Assembly (NCBI GenBank): GCA_018667735.1
Contig: JABIRX010000015.1
Location: 27,569-91,568, forward strand
Length of the DNA: 64,000 bases
Origin: Alphaproteobacteria bacterium
Lineage (GTDB): Bacteria > Pseudomonadota > Alphaproteobacteria > Rickettsiales > JABIRX01
Direction of reading: 5' to 3'
Position numbers and translations under genes: made by a program. Under the pieces are notes generated by a model, which was given only the letters and a program-made list of their open reading frames with translations, was not told where the DNA came from and ran no database searches. Of the stretch, positions 10,401 through 20,217 are shown piece by piece (the stretch's first letter is position 1; every line of letters begins with the position of its first letter).

Positions 10401-10793
10401 ACGATAACCAGCTAGAATAATTAAATCTTTAGCTAATTTCTCCAATAACACTATATCTATTGAGTTTAAATGCTGATCAGCACTTTCTAAATATGATAAG
10501 CTCACTAATTTAAGTAAATTTTTGTAACCAGTTTCATTTTTTGCAATTAATAAAATTTGATCAAATTTATCTGCTGCAAATTTTACTTTTAGCGAAACCG
10601 ATGGAATAGGCTGAATACCTTCTTTTATAGCAGCTAAAGAAAATTCTAAAAGGCCAAATAAATTTCCACGGTCGCTGATAGTAGCTGCAGGAATTTTAAA
10701 TTTCTTACAAAGATTTATAATTTGTGTAATAGGCATGGCTCCGTAACATAGGGAATAACTACTAATAGCTCTTAAATGAATGAATTTGGCCAT
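7404..10793 (-). CDS. dnaE: DNA polymerase III alpha subunit
   Basis: 1129 aa. PHP domain start (FIHLRAISSYSLCYGAM), GPGRGSGAGSMVAF, PDFDIDF and FNKSHAAAYA motifs. Confidence 0.97.
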   Translation of the reverse strand: MAKFIHLRAISSYSLCYGAMPITQIINLCKKFKIPAATISDRGNLFGLLEFSLAAIKEGIQPIPSVSLKVKFAADKFDQILLIAKNETGYKNLLKLVSLSYLESADQHLNSIDIVLLEKLAKDLIILAGYREGLLYQAAKNKQTKEAEKIIKFYNKLDSELYIELSRLGYKNENIAEAGLLSFAQTLNIPIVATNDVKYSDLELHNAQDVLSCIATNQYIDDPNREAKTKEHYFKSQEAMQELFKDLPEAINNTILIAKKCSFFATTSEPSLPHFSVKESSEIEELKLQAQNGLAERLLSHNIPAKKHPKYQQRLTYELDIIIKMGFPGYFLIVSDFIKWSKSNNIPVGPGRGSGAGSMVAFVMKITDLDPLEFGLLFERFLNPERVSMPDFDIDFCQERREEVINYVREKYGKDRVAQIITFGKLQAKAVLKDVGRVLQMPYHQVDRISKMIPFNPVNPVTLKKAIEMDPLLEQERKNDAQIAKLLDLGLKLEGLHRHASTHAAGVVIANQNLLDLIPLYKDSKSDMPVVQYSMKYTELSGLVKFDFLGLKTLTVIAKCIELIENQNLKLNIDNIPLNDPKTFKMLSLGHTIGVFQLESAGMRDCLKKMVPDRIEELIALISLYRPGPMDNIPKYIATKHGKAEAEYPHPLLEDCLKETFGVIIYQEQVMQIAQILAGYSLGEADLLRRAMGKKIKAEMDAQRQIFVKGAIANNITKHKASEIFDLVAKFAGYGFNKSHAAAYALIGYQTAYLKANFAVEFITATLNLEYNDTDKLNLFIQEAKNLNIEILPPDINLSSALFSVELKNGIKSIRYGLAALKSVGKAIIDELVIKRGNKNFTNILDLIKRCGSKIIQKRQLESLIKSGSLDNLEINRAKLINSLEYIIKLTQNYEIEKNSNQQALFSDDIDTNISFSIENCEFFNAKEKLQNEFDAFGFYLTEHPLERFLPILKNQNITTSAEIAKSTEKTKEIIISGVIISYKQRSGKKGRFLTLNLSDQYGVIDISIFDEELISKYRDIIFNGNTIVISASLKNDDNGTRVIANKMVTIDVFLKDKHQTLKIKLYNLAEIEQLNHQISLNKGDYPIKFLLEFNWQQKNFIIDTNQTLMLNHAIIDKLSEKLEKTNLN

Positions 10794-10869
10794 GCTAATT
10801 GTGTAAATTCTTGAATTATCTGAAATTTATACTATAAAAAGAAAAATAAAATAAAAATAAACTTATCTT

Positions 10870-12090
10870 TTGCATATCTTAATTATTGGCTCTGGTATTG
10901 TGGGGCTTACATCAGCTTATCAGCTTTTAGAAAAGGGTTTTTCAGTAACTTTAATAGATAAAGAGAAAGAGCCTTGCTTGGGTGCTTCATTTCAAAATGG
11001 AGGGCAATTAAGCTATTCTCACAGTTTTGCAATTAACCATATTGTAAGTATTCCAATTTTATGCAAAATGATTTTTAAGCCAAATTATCAAATGAACTTA
11101 AGAATCTCTATGTTTCTTAAATATTTCAATTGGTTTAGAACTTTAGAGAAAAATTATAAGGCTAAATATAATAGTGACTTATATGACTTTGCTAACAAAA
11201 GTAAAAAAGAGCTAAATCGTCTAGCTAACAAAATAGGTTACACAAAGCTACAGAATTCATCTACAGTCCAAATTTACCGTAATAAGGTGCATTATAAAAA
11301 AGTTGAGAGCTTTGTAAAAAATCAGAATCTTCAAGAATGTCACATTTTAAGTAAGCGTGAGCTAAGTAAGATTTATCCAGATATAAATTTAGATAATATT
11401 GTGGGAGCAATCTTGTTTAAGGGTGATCAATCAGGTGACGCAAGAGATTTCGCTAGTAAGTTATTTAATAAGTGTAAAGAATATGATGGTTTTAAATATT
11501 TAGCGACAGAGAAGCCAACAGCCTTTATTAAAGAGCGTAATAAAATTATAGCTGTAACATTAAAAGAAAGTAAGAAAATCTTCTTTGATAAAGTTATATT
11601 CGCAACAGGTGCAAGTCATGAAGATTTATTTAGCTTATGTTCTTTAAAATCTCCATTGATAGAAGCGAGAGGTTATAGTATTAATATAAATAATCAAAAA
11701 TTGAAATATCCAGTAATTGATTGTGATCGCAAACTAGTATTTACGAACTTAAATAATCAAATGAGAGTTGCAGGACTCTATGATTTTTTAGGTTATTCGA
11801 GATATAGGTTAGCAAAAAGAAAGAAAGTTTTTATAAAGACAATTATTGGCACAAAATTATTAAAACCTTTTCCAGATCCAGAAATATGGCATGGCTTTAG
11901 ACCAGTCAGTAGAGATGGCTATCCTATTATTGGGCAATCCAATATATATCATAATTTATATTATAATTTAGCTCATGCAAATTTAGGCTGGACTCTTGCA
12001 GCTGGGAGTGGAAAAATTTTACTTGAAGAAATTTTAGAAAAAGACGATAATAAAAATCACTTTCTTAAAGCGAACAGATTTAACATATAA
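10870..12090 (+). CDS. FAD-dependent oxidoreductase, D-amino-acid dehydrogenase (DadA)-like
   Basis: TTG start. Rossmann motif ILIIGSGIVGLTSAYQL...LIDKE and the C-terminal FRPVSRDGYPIIG...NLAHANLGWTLAAGSG resemble DadA. Substrate is unknown. Confidence 0.7.
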   Translation: MHILIIGSGIVGLTSAYQLLEKGFSVTLIDKEKEPCLGASFQNGGQLSYSHSFAINHIVSIPILCKMIFKPNYQMNLRISMFLKYFNWFRTLEKNYKAKYNSDLYDFANKSKKELNRLANKIGYTKLQNSSTVQIYRNKVHYKKVESFVKNQNLQECHILSKRELSKIYPDINLDNIVGAILFKGDQSGDARDFASKLFNKCKEYDGFKYLATEKPTAFIKERNKIIAVTLKESKKIFFDKVIFATGASHEDLFSLCSLKSPLIEARGYSININNQKLKYPVIDCDRKLVFTNLNNQMRVAGLYDFLGYSRYRLAKRKKVFIKTIIGTKLLKPFPDPEIWHGFRPVSRDGYPIIGQSNIYHNLYYNLAHANLGWTLAAGSGKILLEEILEKDDNKNHFLKANRFNI

Positions 12091-12091
12091 C

Positions 12092-12439
12092 ATGAAAAAA
12101 CTTAATTTACCATGTCAGTTTAACGGCCAAACACAAGATGTTGGTTTTTATGTTGGTAATCCAAAAGCAGATAATCATCCGATTCAGAATCAATCACATT
12201 GGTTATCAAGTGAAAGAGGAGGAAGTGTATCCCCAAATGTAATGGATAGTTTCTCTCGTATTCATGAATTATCGTTACAAAACAAAGTTCCTTTTGAAGA
12301 TTTATGTGAATTTGCTATTAACTCTGCAAATACTGAAGAAGAAGAAACGGATTTGACAGATGAATTGCTAGAAAACAAAGATAAAATAATAGATGAGCAA
12401 TTAAGTAAGGAAAAGGCAATTCTTGAGAACAATGAATAA
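12092..12439 (+). CDS. Conserved hypothetical small protein with an acidic C-terminal tail
   Basis: 115 aa, starting 1 nt after the DadA-like gene. The N-terminal half (LPCQFNGQTQDVGFYVGNPKADNHPIQNQSHWLSSERGG) recalls, from memory only, a DUF family (DUF2610-like) seen in intracellular bacteria. Unverified. Confidence 0.45.
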   Translation: MKKLNLPCQFNGQTQDVGFYVGNPKADNHPIQNQSHWLSSERGGSVSPNVMDSFSRIHELSLQNKVPFEDLCEFAINSANTEEEETDLTDELLENKDKIIDEQLSKEKAILENNE

Positions 12440-12565
12440 TTAGCAGCTTCTTAGACTAGTAAATTATAGCAAAATTTGTCGATATGAATTAATTAGTTGA
12501 ATAATCATTATTTTAACTAGACTTTAATTTATAAATTCATTAATTATTTACATTAATATTCTTGA

Positions 12566-13627
<1,062 letters not shown>

Positions 13628-13656
13628 TATTTTTATTACCTTGGTTAGCAATATAA

Positions 13657-14490
13657 ATGTCTAGTCAAATTCGCATTAGTAATGTTAGTACATTAGGGCA
13701 AATAATACATTTTGTAAGAGATAATAGCTTGCAAATATTTTTGTCATTTTCCATTTTGTTAGTAATTGCGACAAAATCTAATAATAAACTTAACGACACC
13801 TTAAAGAATTTCTTTCTTAAAAATACGGCACCTATTTTTATGCTTATTTCTACACCTGCAGATTTTGTGCTTGGGTTAAAGCAAACATATGTTGAGTTAG
13901 CAAATTTAAGGTCAGAAAATAAATTGCTGAAAATTAACAATAAAGTGCTAAAAACAAAAATATTTTCAATGCTGTATTTAGAAGAGGAAAATTTACATTT
14001 AAAAGAGCTGCTAAATTTTCGTGACTCAAGCTACATAGACTATCAAATAGCAAAGTTATATCTAAATATTGATAAATCGATGGAAAGAGTTTCAATAATT
14101 AATAAAGGTAAAAATAGTGGTGTGCTTAAAGGACAAGCAATAGTAACTGGTAATGGTTTAGTGGGTAGGGTATTAAATAGTTTTGAAAGTTATGCTCATG
14201 TTATTTTACTCAGTGATTACCAATCCAAAATTCCTATTTATACAGCAAATAGTGGTGAGAAGGCTATATTAATAGGGGGTGGTAATAAATCGCTTGGCTT
14301 AAAATATTTAAGAAAAAACCATCAGCTTAAAAATAATGAAGTAATATTTACTTCGGGAGATGGAAAAATATACCCAGCTAATATACCAATTGGTACAATC
14401 ATATTAAATGGTAATAATGAAATTACGATTAAGCCTTTTGTTGATTTCTATAAATTAGATTTTGTAAAGATATTAAGTGTTAAAAATTAA
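13657..14490 (+). CDS. mreC: Rod-shape-determining protein MreC
   Basis: 277 aa directly after mreB. TM segment, a coiled-coil stretch (LRSENKLLK...EEENLHLKELL) and GLVGRV...SKIPI, typical of MreC. Confidence 0.8.
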   Translation: MSSQIRISNVSTLGQIIHFVRDNSLQIFLSFSILLVIATKSNNKLNDTLKNFFLKNTAPIFMLISTPADFVLGLKQTYVELANLRSENKLLKINNKVLKTKIFSMLYLEEENLHLKELLNFRDSSYIDYQIAKLYLNIDKSMERVSIINKGKNSGVLKGQAIVTGNGLVGRVLNSFESYAHVILLSDYQSKIPIYTANSGEKAILIGGGNKSLGLKYLRKNHQLKNNEVIFTSGDGKIYPANIPIGTIILNGNNEITIKPFVDFYKLDFVKILSVKN

Positions 14491-14624
14491 CTTTTAAATA
14501 ATGAAATTTTAGTAAAAAAATTTTTCACATTATTATTAATTTATTTTTAATATATTCTTATTTTGCGCTAATTGCATAAAAGTTAACATAAAGATTAGAA
14601 TTAAAAAAAGAAACAAAATCAATA

Positions 14625-15368
14625 TTAAAAGCTTAGTGAATTTAGCTCTCTATTATCTTCATCTTTAGATACTAAAGTAACCCATGATTGCCCCTCTCTA
14701 ATTTGCAATTTTTCTCTTAAGAGGTGATTTTCTTGCTCTAAAAAACTAATTTGCGCTATTTCATCTGCATCTCTATCAAGTTTATATATATCACTATACC
14801 ATTTTATGTTATCTTGTAGCTCTTTAATTTTAGTTGTAAAATTATCCATTTTTAGTTTTTCACTTAAAATTTGGTTTCTGCTAAGCTGTAAGATTGATAC
14901 AGAGTTGCTTAATAAGTCTATTAATTGCTGTTCGTTGTATAATCCTAGATCATCAATTATTGAAGCTAAACTGGTCTCTTCTGCTAATTGGCTTAAGTAA
15001 TCATAATCTTCTACAGTATGATATTTTGTTGCTAATCTATCTCTCTTATTTTTATGTTCTATCTCTAGCGCTGTGTGATAATTGTCTTTATCTATGAGGA
15101 ACAAAAATTGCAGATCCTGCTCTAATATTTGAGCACTAAAAGCCAACTTATTTATATGCTGCCTGCTATACTCTAAATATTCATCCAGTTCATTGATCAA
15201 AGCATTATTTTTTTTGATTATACTTAAAAGGTTTGTTTTCCTATACTCTTTTTTAGGATATAAGTATGTTTTCTTAGGTAAATGTTCTATTTCTTTGCTT
15301 TTATCAAGAAAATCAAAAATCTCAAAAGAATCTAGCTCCTCAATATGTAATTTTCTTTTTTGCTTCAT
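14625..15368 (-). CDS. Hypothetical coiled-coil protein (orphan)
   Basis: 247 aa, rich in E/K/L/Q with heptad-like stretches. No signal peptide, TM helix or family that I recognise. Confidence 0.5.
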   Translation of the reverse strand: MKQKRKLHIEELDSFEIFDFLDKSKEIEHLPKKTYLYPKKEYRKTNLLSIIKKNNALINELDEYLEYSRQHINKLAFSAQILEQDLQFLFLIDKDNYHTALEIEHKNKRDRLATKYHTVEDYDYLSQLAEETSLASIIDDLGLYNEQQLIDLLSNSVSILQLSRNQILSEKLKMDNFTTKIKELQDNIKWYSDIYKLDRDADEIAQISFLEQENHLLREKLQIREGQSWVTLVSKDEDNRELNSLSF

Positions 15369-15438
15369 TTTTATTGCTAAAATTTTATAAATATTAGCAT
15401 ATTTATGTAATCAATGCAAATGCTAGATTACTTAAGCT

Positions 15439-16392
15439 CTATTCCGCTTGAATCATGGTACCTGCACCAGTTTCTGTGAAAACTTCAACAAGTAATATAT
15501 GTGGCACTGTGCCATTTAAAATATGGGCAGATTCCACTCCATTTTCAACTGCATTTACACAAGTGATAGTCTTAGGTATCATCCCCCCACTAATAACTTT
15601 CTTTTTAGTTAAAGAAGATATCTCTTGATCTGTAACTTTAGATACCAAATGACCTTCTTTATCCAAAAGGCCATCTACATCTGTTAACATAATTAATTTA
15701 CAAGCATTTACAGATTCGGCAATTTTACCTGCAACTGTATCCGCATTTATATTATATGTTTCTCCATTTTTGCCAATACCAATTGGAGCTATAACAGGTA
15801 TAATGTCTGAATCATCTAATGAAATGAAAATTTCTGGATTTATTTGAGTTGGCTCCCCTACAAAACCTAAATCTAAAATTTTCTCTATATTGGAATTACT
15901 ATCTTTCTTTGTGCGACGTAATTTTTTTGCCTCAATTAAATTAGCATCTTTGCCAGATAGTCCTATAGCTAAGCCACCTTGCTTATTAATAGCAGTAACA
16001 AGATCCTTGTTTATAGAACCACTTAGAACCATTTCTACAATATTAACAGTTTCATGATCAGTTACCCTTAAGCCATCTATAAATTTACTTTGAATTTTTA
16101 GTTTATTTAACATATCGCCAATTTGCGGCCCTCCGCCATGCACTACTATTGGATTGATACCGATTTTTTTTAATAAAACTATATCTTTAGCAAATTCCTC
16201 AACAATTTTTTTATTGCCCATTGCATTTCCTCCAAACTTAATCACAAAAATTTCGCCTGCAAATTTTTTGATATAAGGTAATGCTTCAGATAAAGTTACA
16301 GCTTTATTCAAAAATAAAGAATCTATTTTGCTGTTAGTTTTTATTTTATCTTCTTTTTCTTGTTTTTTTTTGCTAAAATCAATTATTTCCAT
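15439..16392 (-). CDS. argB: Acetylglutamate kinase
   Basis: LSEALPYIKKFAGEIFVIKFGGNAMG, VVHGGGPQI and YNINADTVAG are ArgB motifs. There is a short K/E-rich N-terminal extension. It overlaps the engB stop by 10 nt. Confidence 0.93.
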   Translation of the reverse strand: MEIIDFSKKKQEKEDKIKTNSKIDSLFLNKAVTLSEALPYIKKFAGEIFVIKFGGNAMGNKKIVEEFAKDIVLLKKIGINPIVVHGGGPQIGDMLNKLKIQSKFIDGLRVTDHETVNIVEMVLSGSINKDLVTAINKQGGLAIGLSGKDANLIEAKKLRRTKKDSNSNIEKILDLGFVGEPTQINPEIFISLDDSDIIPVIAPIGIGKNGETYNINADTVAGKIAESVNACKLIMLTDVDGLLDKEGHLVSKVTDQEISSLTKKKVISGGMIPKTITCVNAVENGVESAHILNGTVPHILLVEVFTETGAGTMIQAE

Positions 16393-16985
16393 AATACTTT
16401 ATTTATATATTTTTTTAGTTCAGAGATTCCTGTTTTTTTTAAATTAGAGATAGTCACTATATTGGAAGTGAAATTAATAGAATTACTTAATTGTTCACCT
16501 ATCATATTATAAATATTTTCTTGTTCTTTGCTAGTTAATTTATCTGACTTAGTCAAAATTAAGGCAAAATCGATATTGTAGCTTTTAAAAATTTCAATTA
16601 GCTGAAAATCTATTTCCATTAAGCCACGTCTTATATCTATAAGTATAAACGCTAATTTAAGATTCTGCGTTGTGGATAAGTAATAAGAGACTAAAGCTCC
16701 CCAGGAGCCACTTTCTCTACTATTCTTGGCAAAACCATAACCTGGCAAATCAGCAATTAAGAGGTTTTTCTTATGATTGATAAAAAAATTTATAGAAGCG
16801 GTTCTACCAGGAGTTTTTGAGGTTTTAGCTAAGTTCCTATTGTTGCATATATTATTTAATAAGCTCGATTTACCAACATTAGAACGGCCAAAGAAGGCTA
16901 CTTCTCTAACATTATTGTTTTTTAACTGCTTCTTATTATGGGCGCAATATTGAAGAGAAAAATTACCTTCAAAATAATCCTGCAT
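16383..16985 (-). CDS. engB: Ribosome-biogenesis GTPase EngB/YihA
   Basis: EVAFFGRSNVGKSSLLN (G1), DLPGYGF (G3) and LTKSDK (G4). The yidC-engB-argB order is typical of Alphaproteobacteria. Confidence 0.9.
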   Translation of the reverse strand: MQDYFEGNFSLQYCAHNKKQLKNNNVREVAFFGRSNVGKSSLLNNICNNRNLAKTSKTPGRTASINFFINHKKNLLIADLPGYGFAKNSRESGSWGALVSYYLSTTQNLKLAFILIDIRRGLMEIDFQLIEIFKSYNIDFALILTKSDKLTSKEQENIYNMIGEQLSNSINFTSNIVTISNLKKTGISELKKYINKVLWK

Positions 16986-16990
16986 TTTTA

Positions 16991-18667
16991 CTAAACCTTG
17001 TTGAGAGTTTTTTGAGTTTGTTTACTAATAATATATTGTTGAATAATAGAAAACCCATTATTAAAAGTCCAATATATAACTAGACCTGCTGGAAATGATG
17101 CAAATAAAATTAAAAATATATATGGTAAAAATTTCATCATTTTAGCCTGCATTGGGTCAGCTGGAGATGGATTTAGTTTTTGTTGTAAAATCATAGTAAT
17201 GCATAACAAACAAGGCCAAATGCCAAATGGCGCGTCTATATTAAGTGGTAATAAACCAAATAAGTTGAATAAACATGTAGGATCAGGTTCAGTTAAGTCG
17301 GTAATCCAGCCAAAGAATTCGGCATGTCGCATATCTATAGTTACAAATAAAACTTTATATAATGCAAAAAAGACAAAAACTTGTACTAACACAGGTAAAC
17401 AACCCATCATTGGTTTTATTTTGTGAGCTTTATATAAAGACATAACTTCTCTTTGCATTCTCATTTTATCTGCGCCATATTTTTCCCTTAATTTAAGAAG
17501 TTCAGGTTGAATATTTTTGATTTTGGAGATTTCTCTAAATGACTTACTAGCAAGTGGATACATAAGAATCCTAATAGAAATAGTAAGAGCAATGATTGCT
17601 ACACCAAAATTACTAAAGATTGTATAAAATGCCTTGAGCATAAGGTAGATTGGCTTTGTTAAAAAATAGAGAATACCAAAATCTATGGCTCTATCAAATA
17701 AAATTATTTCATGTTGAGTTTCATATTTATCAATTAATGAAATCTCCTTTGCGCCGGAAAAAAGCAAACTACTGCTATTGTAGGTTTCACCGGCGGCCAC
17801 AACTACGTCGTCACCTTGCATATCAACTTGGAACTTATGCGTGTTGTTTTTTAAATAAGAAGTAAAACGATAGTTAAAATTTTGCTTTTTATCTGGTATA
17901 ATAGCTGTAAGCCAATATTTATCTGAAATACCAGCCCAACCTTTAGTACTAGAAAAGCTTTCTTTGCCTTTTTTTATTAATTTATTAAATTTTGTTTCAT
18001 GTAAAGCGTTATTAAAAACACCAATTGGTCCTTCATGTAATATAAAAAATTGCTTTTCAACTTCAGCCATAGTTTTGTTGATTAAACCATATTGGTTAAG
18101 CTTAATGTCATAATTAGCATTATTTTTAACTGTATCATTTATTTTGAACATATAATTATTATCTACGGATAATGTCCTTACTATCTCTATTAAGTTATTA
18201 TTTGATCTCCATAATAATTTTATAGGGCTGTTTGGTGTTAATTTATCACCAGAAATTAATTTCCATACTAGATCATTGCTAGCGCTTCCCATGTTAGATA
18301 TTTTCCAGCTAAATTCAGTAAAATAGGTGTTTTCTGGATCTTTAGATTGTAATAAATCAACTTTTTCAACAGAGTCTTTGCTTAGATCGTATTTTTTTAA
18401 ATAGAGCTCGTTAAAGCGCAAAGATTTTAAATTGATATTACCTTCTATTTTTTCGTTTTCAAAAAAGATATTTTGTGCAATAATTTTTTCTGGCTTATCT
18501 AATTTTATTGGAATGTCACTTTTTATGATTTTTTCATCTAGGTTAGACTTTATATTTTCTGTTTGGCTCCTTTCAGTGATGGCTCTTTTTGGCTTAAATG
18601 ATTCCCATAATATGATTACTAATACTGATAATATTACAGCGATAATTAGATTTTTTGTTTCACTCAT
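16991..18667 (-). CDS. yidC: Membrane protein insertase YidC
   Basis: 558 aa with an N-terminal TM helix, a large periplasmic domain and a C-terminal 60-kDa IMP core (NFGVAIIALTISIRILMYPL...MGCLPVLVQVFVFFALY...GLVIYW). Confidence 0.95.
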   Translation of the reverse strand: MSETKNLIIAVILSVLVIILWESFKPKRAITERSQTENIKSNLDEKIIKSDIPIKLDKPEKIIAQNIFFENEKIEGNINLKSLRFNELYLKKYDLSKDSVEKVDLLQSKDPENTYFTEFSWKISNMGSASNDLVWKLISGDKLTPNSPIKLLWRSNNNLIEIVRTLSVDNNYMFKINDTVKNNANYDIKLNQYGLINKTMAEVEKQFFILHEGPIGVFNNALHETKFNKLIKKGKESFSSTKGWAGISDKYWLTAIIPDKKQNFNYRFTSYLKNNTHKFQVDMQGDDVVVAAGETYNSSSLLFSGAKEISLIDKYETQHEIILFDRAIDFGILYFLTKPIYLMLKAFYTIFSNFGVAIIALTISIRILMYPLASKSFREISKIKNIQPELLKLREKYGADKMRMQREVMSLYKAHKIKPMMGCLPVLVQVFVFFALYKVLFVTIDMRHAEFFGWITDLTEPDPTCLFNLFGLLPLNIDAPFGIWPCLLCITMILQQKLNPSPADPMQAKMMKFLPYIFLILFASFPAGLVIYWTFNNGFSIIQQYIISKQTQKTLNKV

Positions 18668-18676
18668 AATTAAATT

Positions 18677-19048
18677 TTAAGTTATATGTTTGTTTAGATT
18701 CTTAATGATTTTATTTACGTCTTTTTTTAGTTCGGAATAATTTGCCTGCATAATGTGATTTCTGGCATAAAAACTATATATGTAGTTAGACTCTTCTGTG
18801 CTAAAATCAAGTTCATTAAATATTGCTTTAATTCTTCTTTTTATTTTATTCCGTGAAACTGCTTTTCCTACCTTTTTAGTAATTGTAATACCAATTACTG
18901 GCGCTGTATGATCTTGCTTAAGGATTGACTTTGATGCTATTTTGAAAAAAAAAAGCTTAGTTTTATAGCTTTTGCAGTTTTTTGAGACTGTTAAGTAATC
19001 TGCTCTTTTTTTTATTGTAACAAAACTCTTACTACACACTAAGCGCAA
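18677..19048 (-). CDS. rnpA: RNase P protein component
   Basis: Lies between rpmH and yidC. It carries the basic RNR-like segment ([17 protein letters not shown]). The start is uncertain: the ORF-track start is a TTG overlapping rpmH by 10 nt. Confidence 0.8.
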   Translation of the reverse strand: MRLVCSKSFVTIKKRADYLTVSKNCKSYKTKLFFFKIASKSILKQDHTAPVIGITITKKVGKAVSRNKIKRRIKAIFNELDFSTEESNYIYSFYARNHIMQANYSELKKDVNKIIKNLNKHIT

Positions 19049-19173
19049 AGTTTTTTGCGGCCTTTTGCTCTTCTATTTGCAAGAACTCTTCTTCCCCCTA
19101 GGCTCGCCATTCTTGCTCTGAAACCATGTCTTCTTTTTCTAACTAATTTACTAGGTTGATAAGTTCTTTTCAT
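19039..19173 (-). CDS. rpmH: 50S ribosomal protein L34
   Basis: Absent from the ORF track because it is shorter than 60 aa. My translation of the minus strand gives [44 protein letters not shown], 44 aa, a canonical L34. Confidence 0.92.
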   Translation of the reverse strand: MKRTYQPSKLVRKRRHGFRARMASLGGRRVLANRRAKGRKKLCA

Positions 19174-19233
19174 TTTAAGTCTTTTAAAAAAATTAAGTTA
19201 GCATATTATATAAGCTATTTTACTTAGTAGTCA

Positions 19234-20217
19234 ATGAATTTAAAGCAGCCAAAATTTTGGAATAAATGCTCCAAACTAAATGTTTTTTTATGGTTAAACT
19301 TGCCATTAGCTTTTATTTACTACTTAGTTTTGCTAGTTAGAAAAGCCATTATAAAAAAAACAAAACTACCAGCATACACGATAACTATTGGTAATTTTAA
19401 TGTGGGTGGAGCTGGTAAAACACCAACTGCAATAAAAATTAAACAATTGTTAGACCAAAAGGGTTTTAATTCATGTTTCCTAAGTAAGGGTTATAAAGGT
19501 TCTTTAACTGGGCCTCGTTTTATAGATCGGCATAATTTTGTACAAGAAACAGGAGATGAAGCTCTCTTGCTGCTTAAGCATGGTCAAGTATGTATTGCCA
19601 AAAATCGTAAGGATGCAGTAAGTTTAATTGCAAAAAAAAAGTTAGATTTAATTATTTTGGATGATGGTTTTCAAAATTTAACTATAAGGCATGATCTAAA
19701 AATTTTAGTTATTGATGCTAAAATTAATAATGGTAATGGCTTCTTAATGCCAGCTGGCCCATTAAGGCAAACCGTTAACTCTGCTTTAAGGGAAGCTAAA
19801 ATAATAATATATATAGGCAAAGAATCCCCACCTAGGTTTCTGGATAATTATAGAAATATTGTTATTAATGCTATTTATGAAGCTAAAACTACATTAGCAA
19901 AAAATCACAATTATTTAGCTTTTTCTGCCCTGGCAAATAATCAAAAATTTTTTAATTTGTTGAAAGATAAGGGTTATAATGTGCCTTTGACCCAAGAATT
20001 TTCTGATCATTATTTTTATACAGAGCAAGACTTGGTTAATTTAAGAGCAATAGCTAAAAGAAACAAATTAAATCTTGTGACAACTAGTAAAGATTATGTT
20101 AAAATACCAGCTAAATTTAGAGATTCAGTTTTGGAATTCGAAATTGAGCTAAAAGTAGAAAACGAAAATAAATTTTACAGGTTATTTGATGCAGCAATTA
20201 AAAAAGATACAGCATAA
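19234..20217 (+). CDS. lpxK: Tetraacyldisaccharide 4'-kinase
   Basis: 327 aa. P-loop context TIGNFNVGGAGKTP, then LSKGYKG and ILDDGFQ, all LpxK motifs. Confidence 0.9.
   Translation: MNLKQPKFWNKCSKLNVFLWLNLPLAFIYYLVLLVRKAIIKKTKLPAYTITIGNFNVGGAGKTPTAIKIKQLLDQKGFNSCFLSKGYKGSLTGPRFIDRHNFVQETGDEALLLLKHGQVCIAKNRKDAVSLIAKKKLDLIILDDGFQNLTIRHDLKILVIDAKINNGNGFLMPAGPLRQTVNSALREAKIIIYIGKESPPRFLDNYRNIVINAIYEAKTTLAKNHNYLAFSALANNQKFFNLLKDKGYNVPLTQEFSDHYFYTEQDLVNLRAIAKRNKLNLVTTSKDYVKIPAKFRDSVLEFEIELKVENENKFYRLFDAAIKKDTA

Noticed and set aside
16671-16679. Perfect DnaA-box 9-mers (tgtggataa at 16671-16679 in engB; ttatccaca at 63162-63170 in rpoB), near the rpmH-rnpA-yidC cluster that flanks oriC in many bacteria
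   Set aside because: They are single, isolated, intragenic boxes, which are expected by chance in 128 kb of two-strand sequence. No dnaA gene, box cluster or AT-rich unwinding spacer is present. Alphaproteobacterial origins usually lie elsewhere.
18945-18954. Homopolymer runs of 9-10 nt inside genes (A10 in rnpA at 18945-18954; T9 in argB at 16363-16371; A9 runs in lpxK, glmU and rplJ) as possible slippage or phase-variation sites
   Set aside because: All host genes keep intact reading frames. The runs encode Lys or Phe stretches expected from the base composition. There is no evidence of frameshifting.
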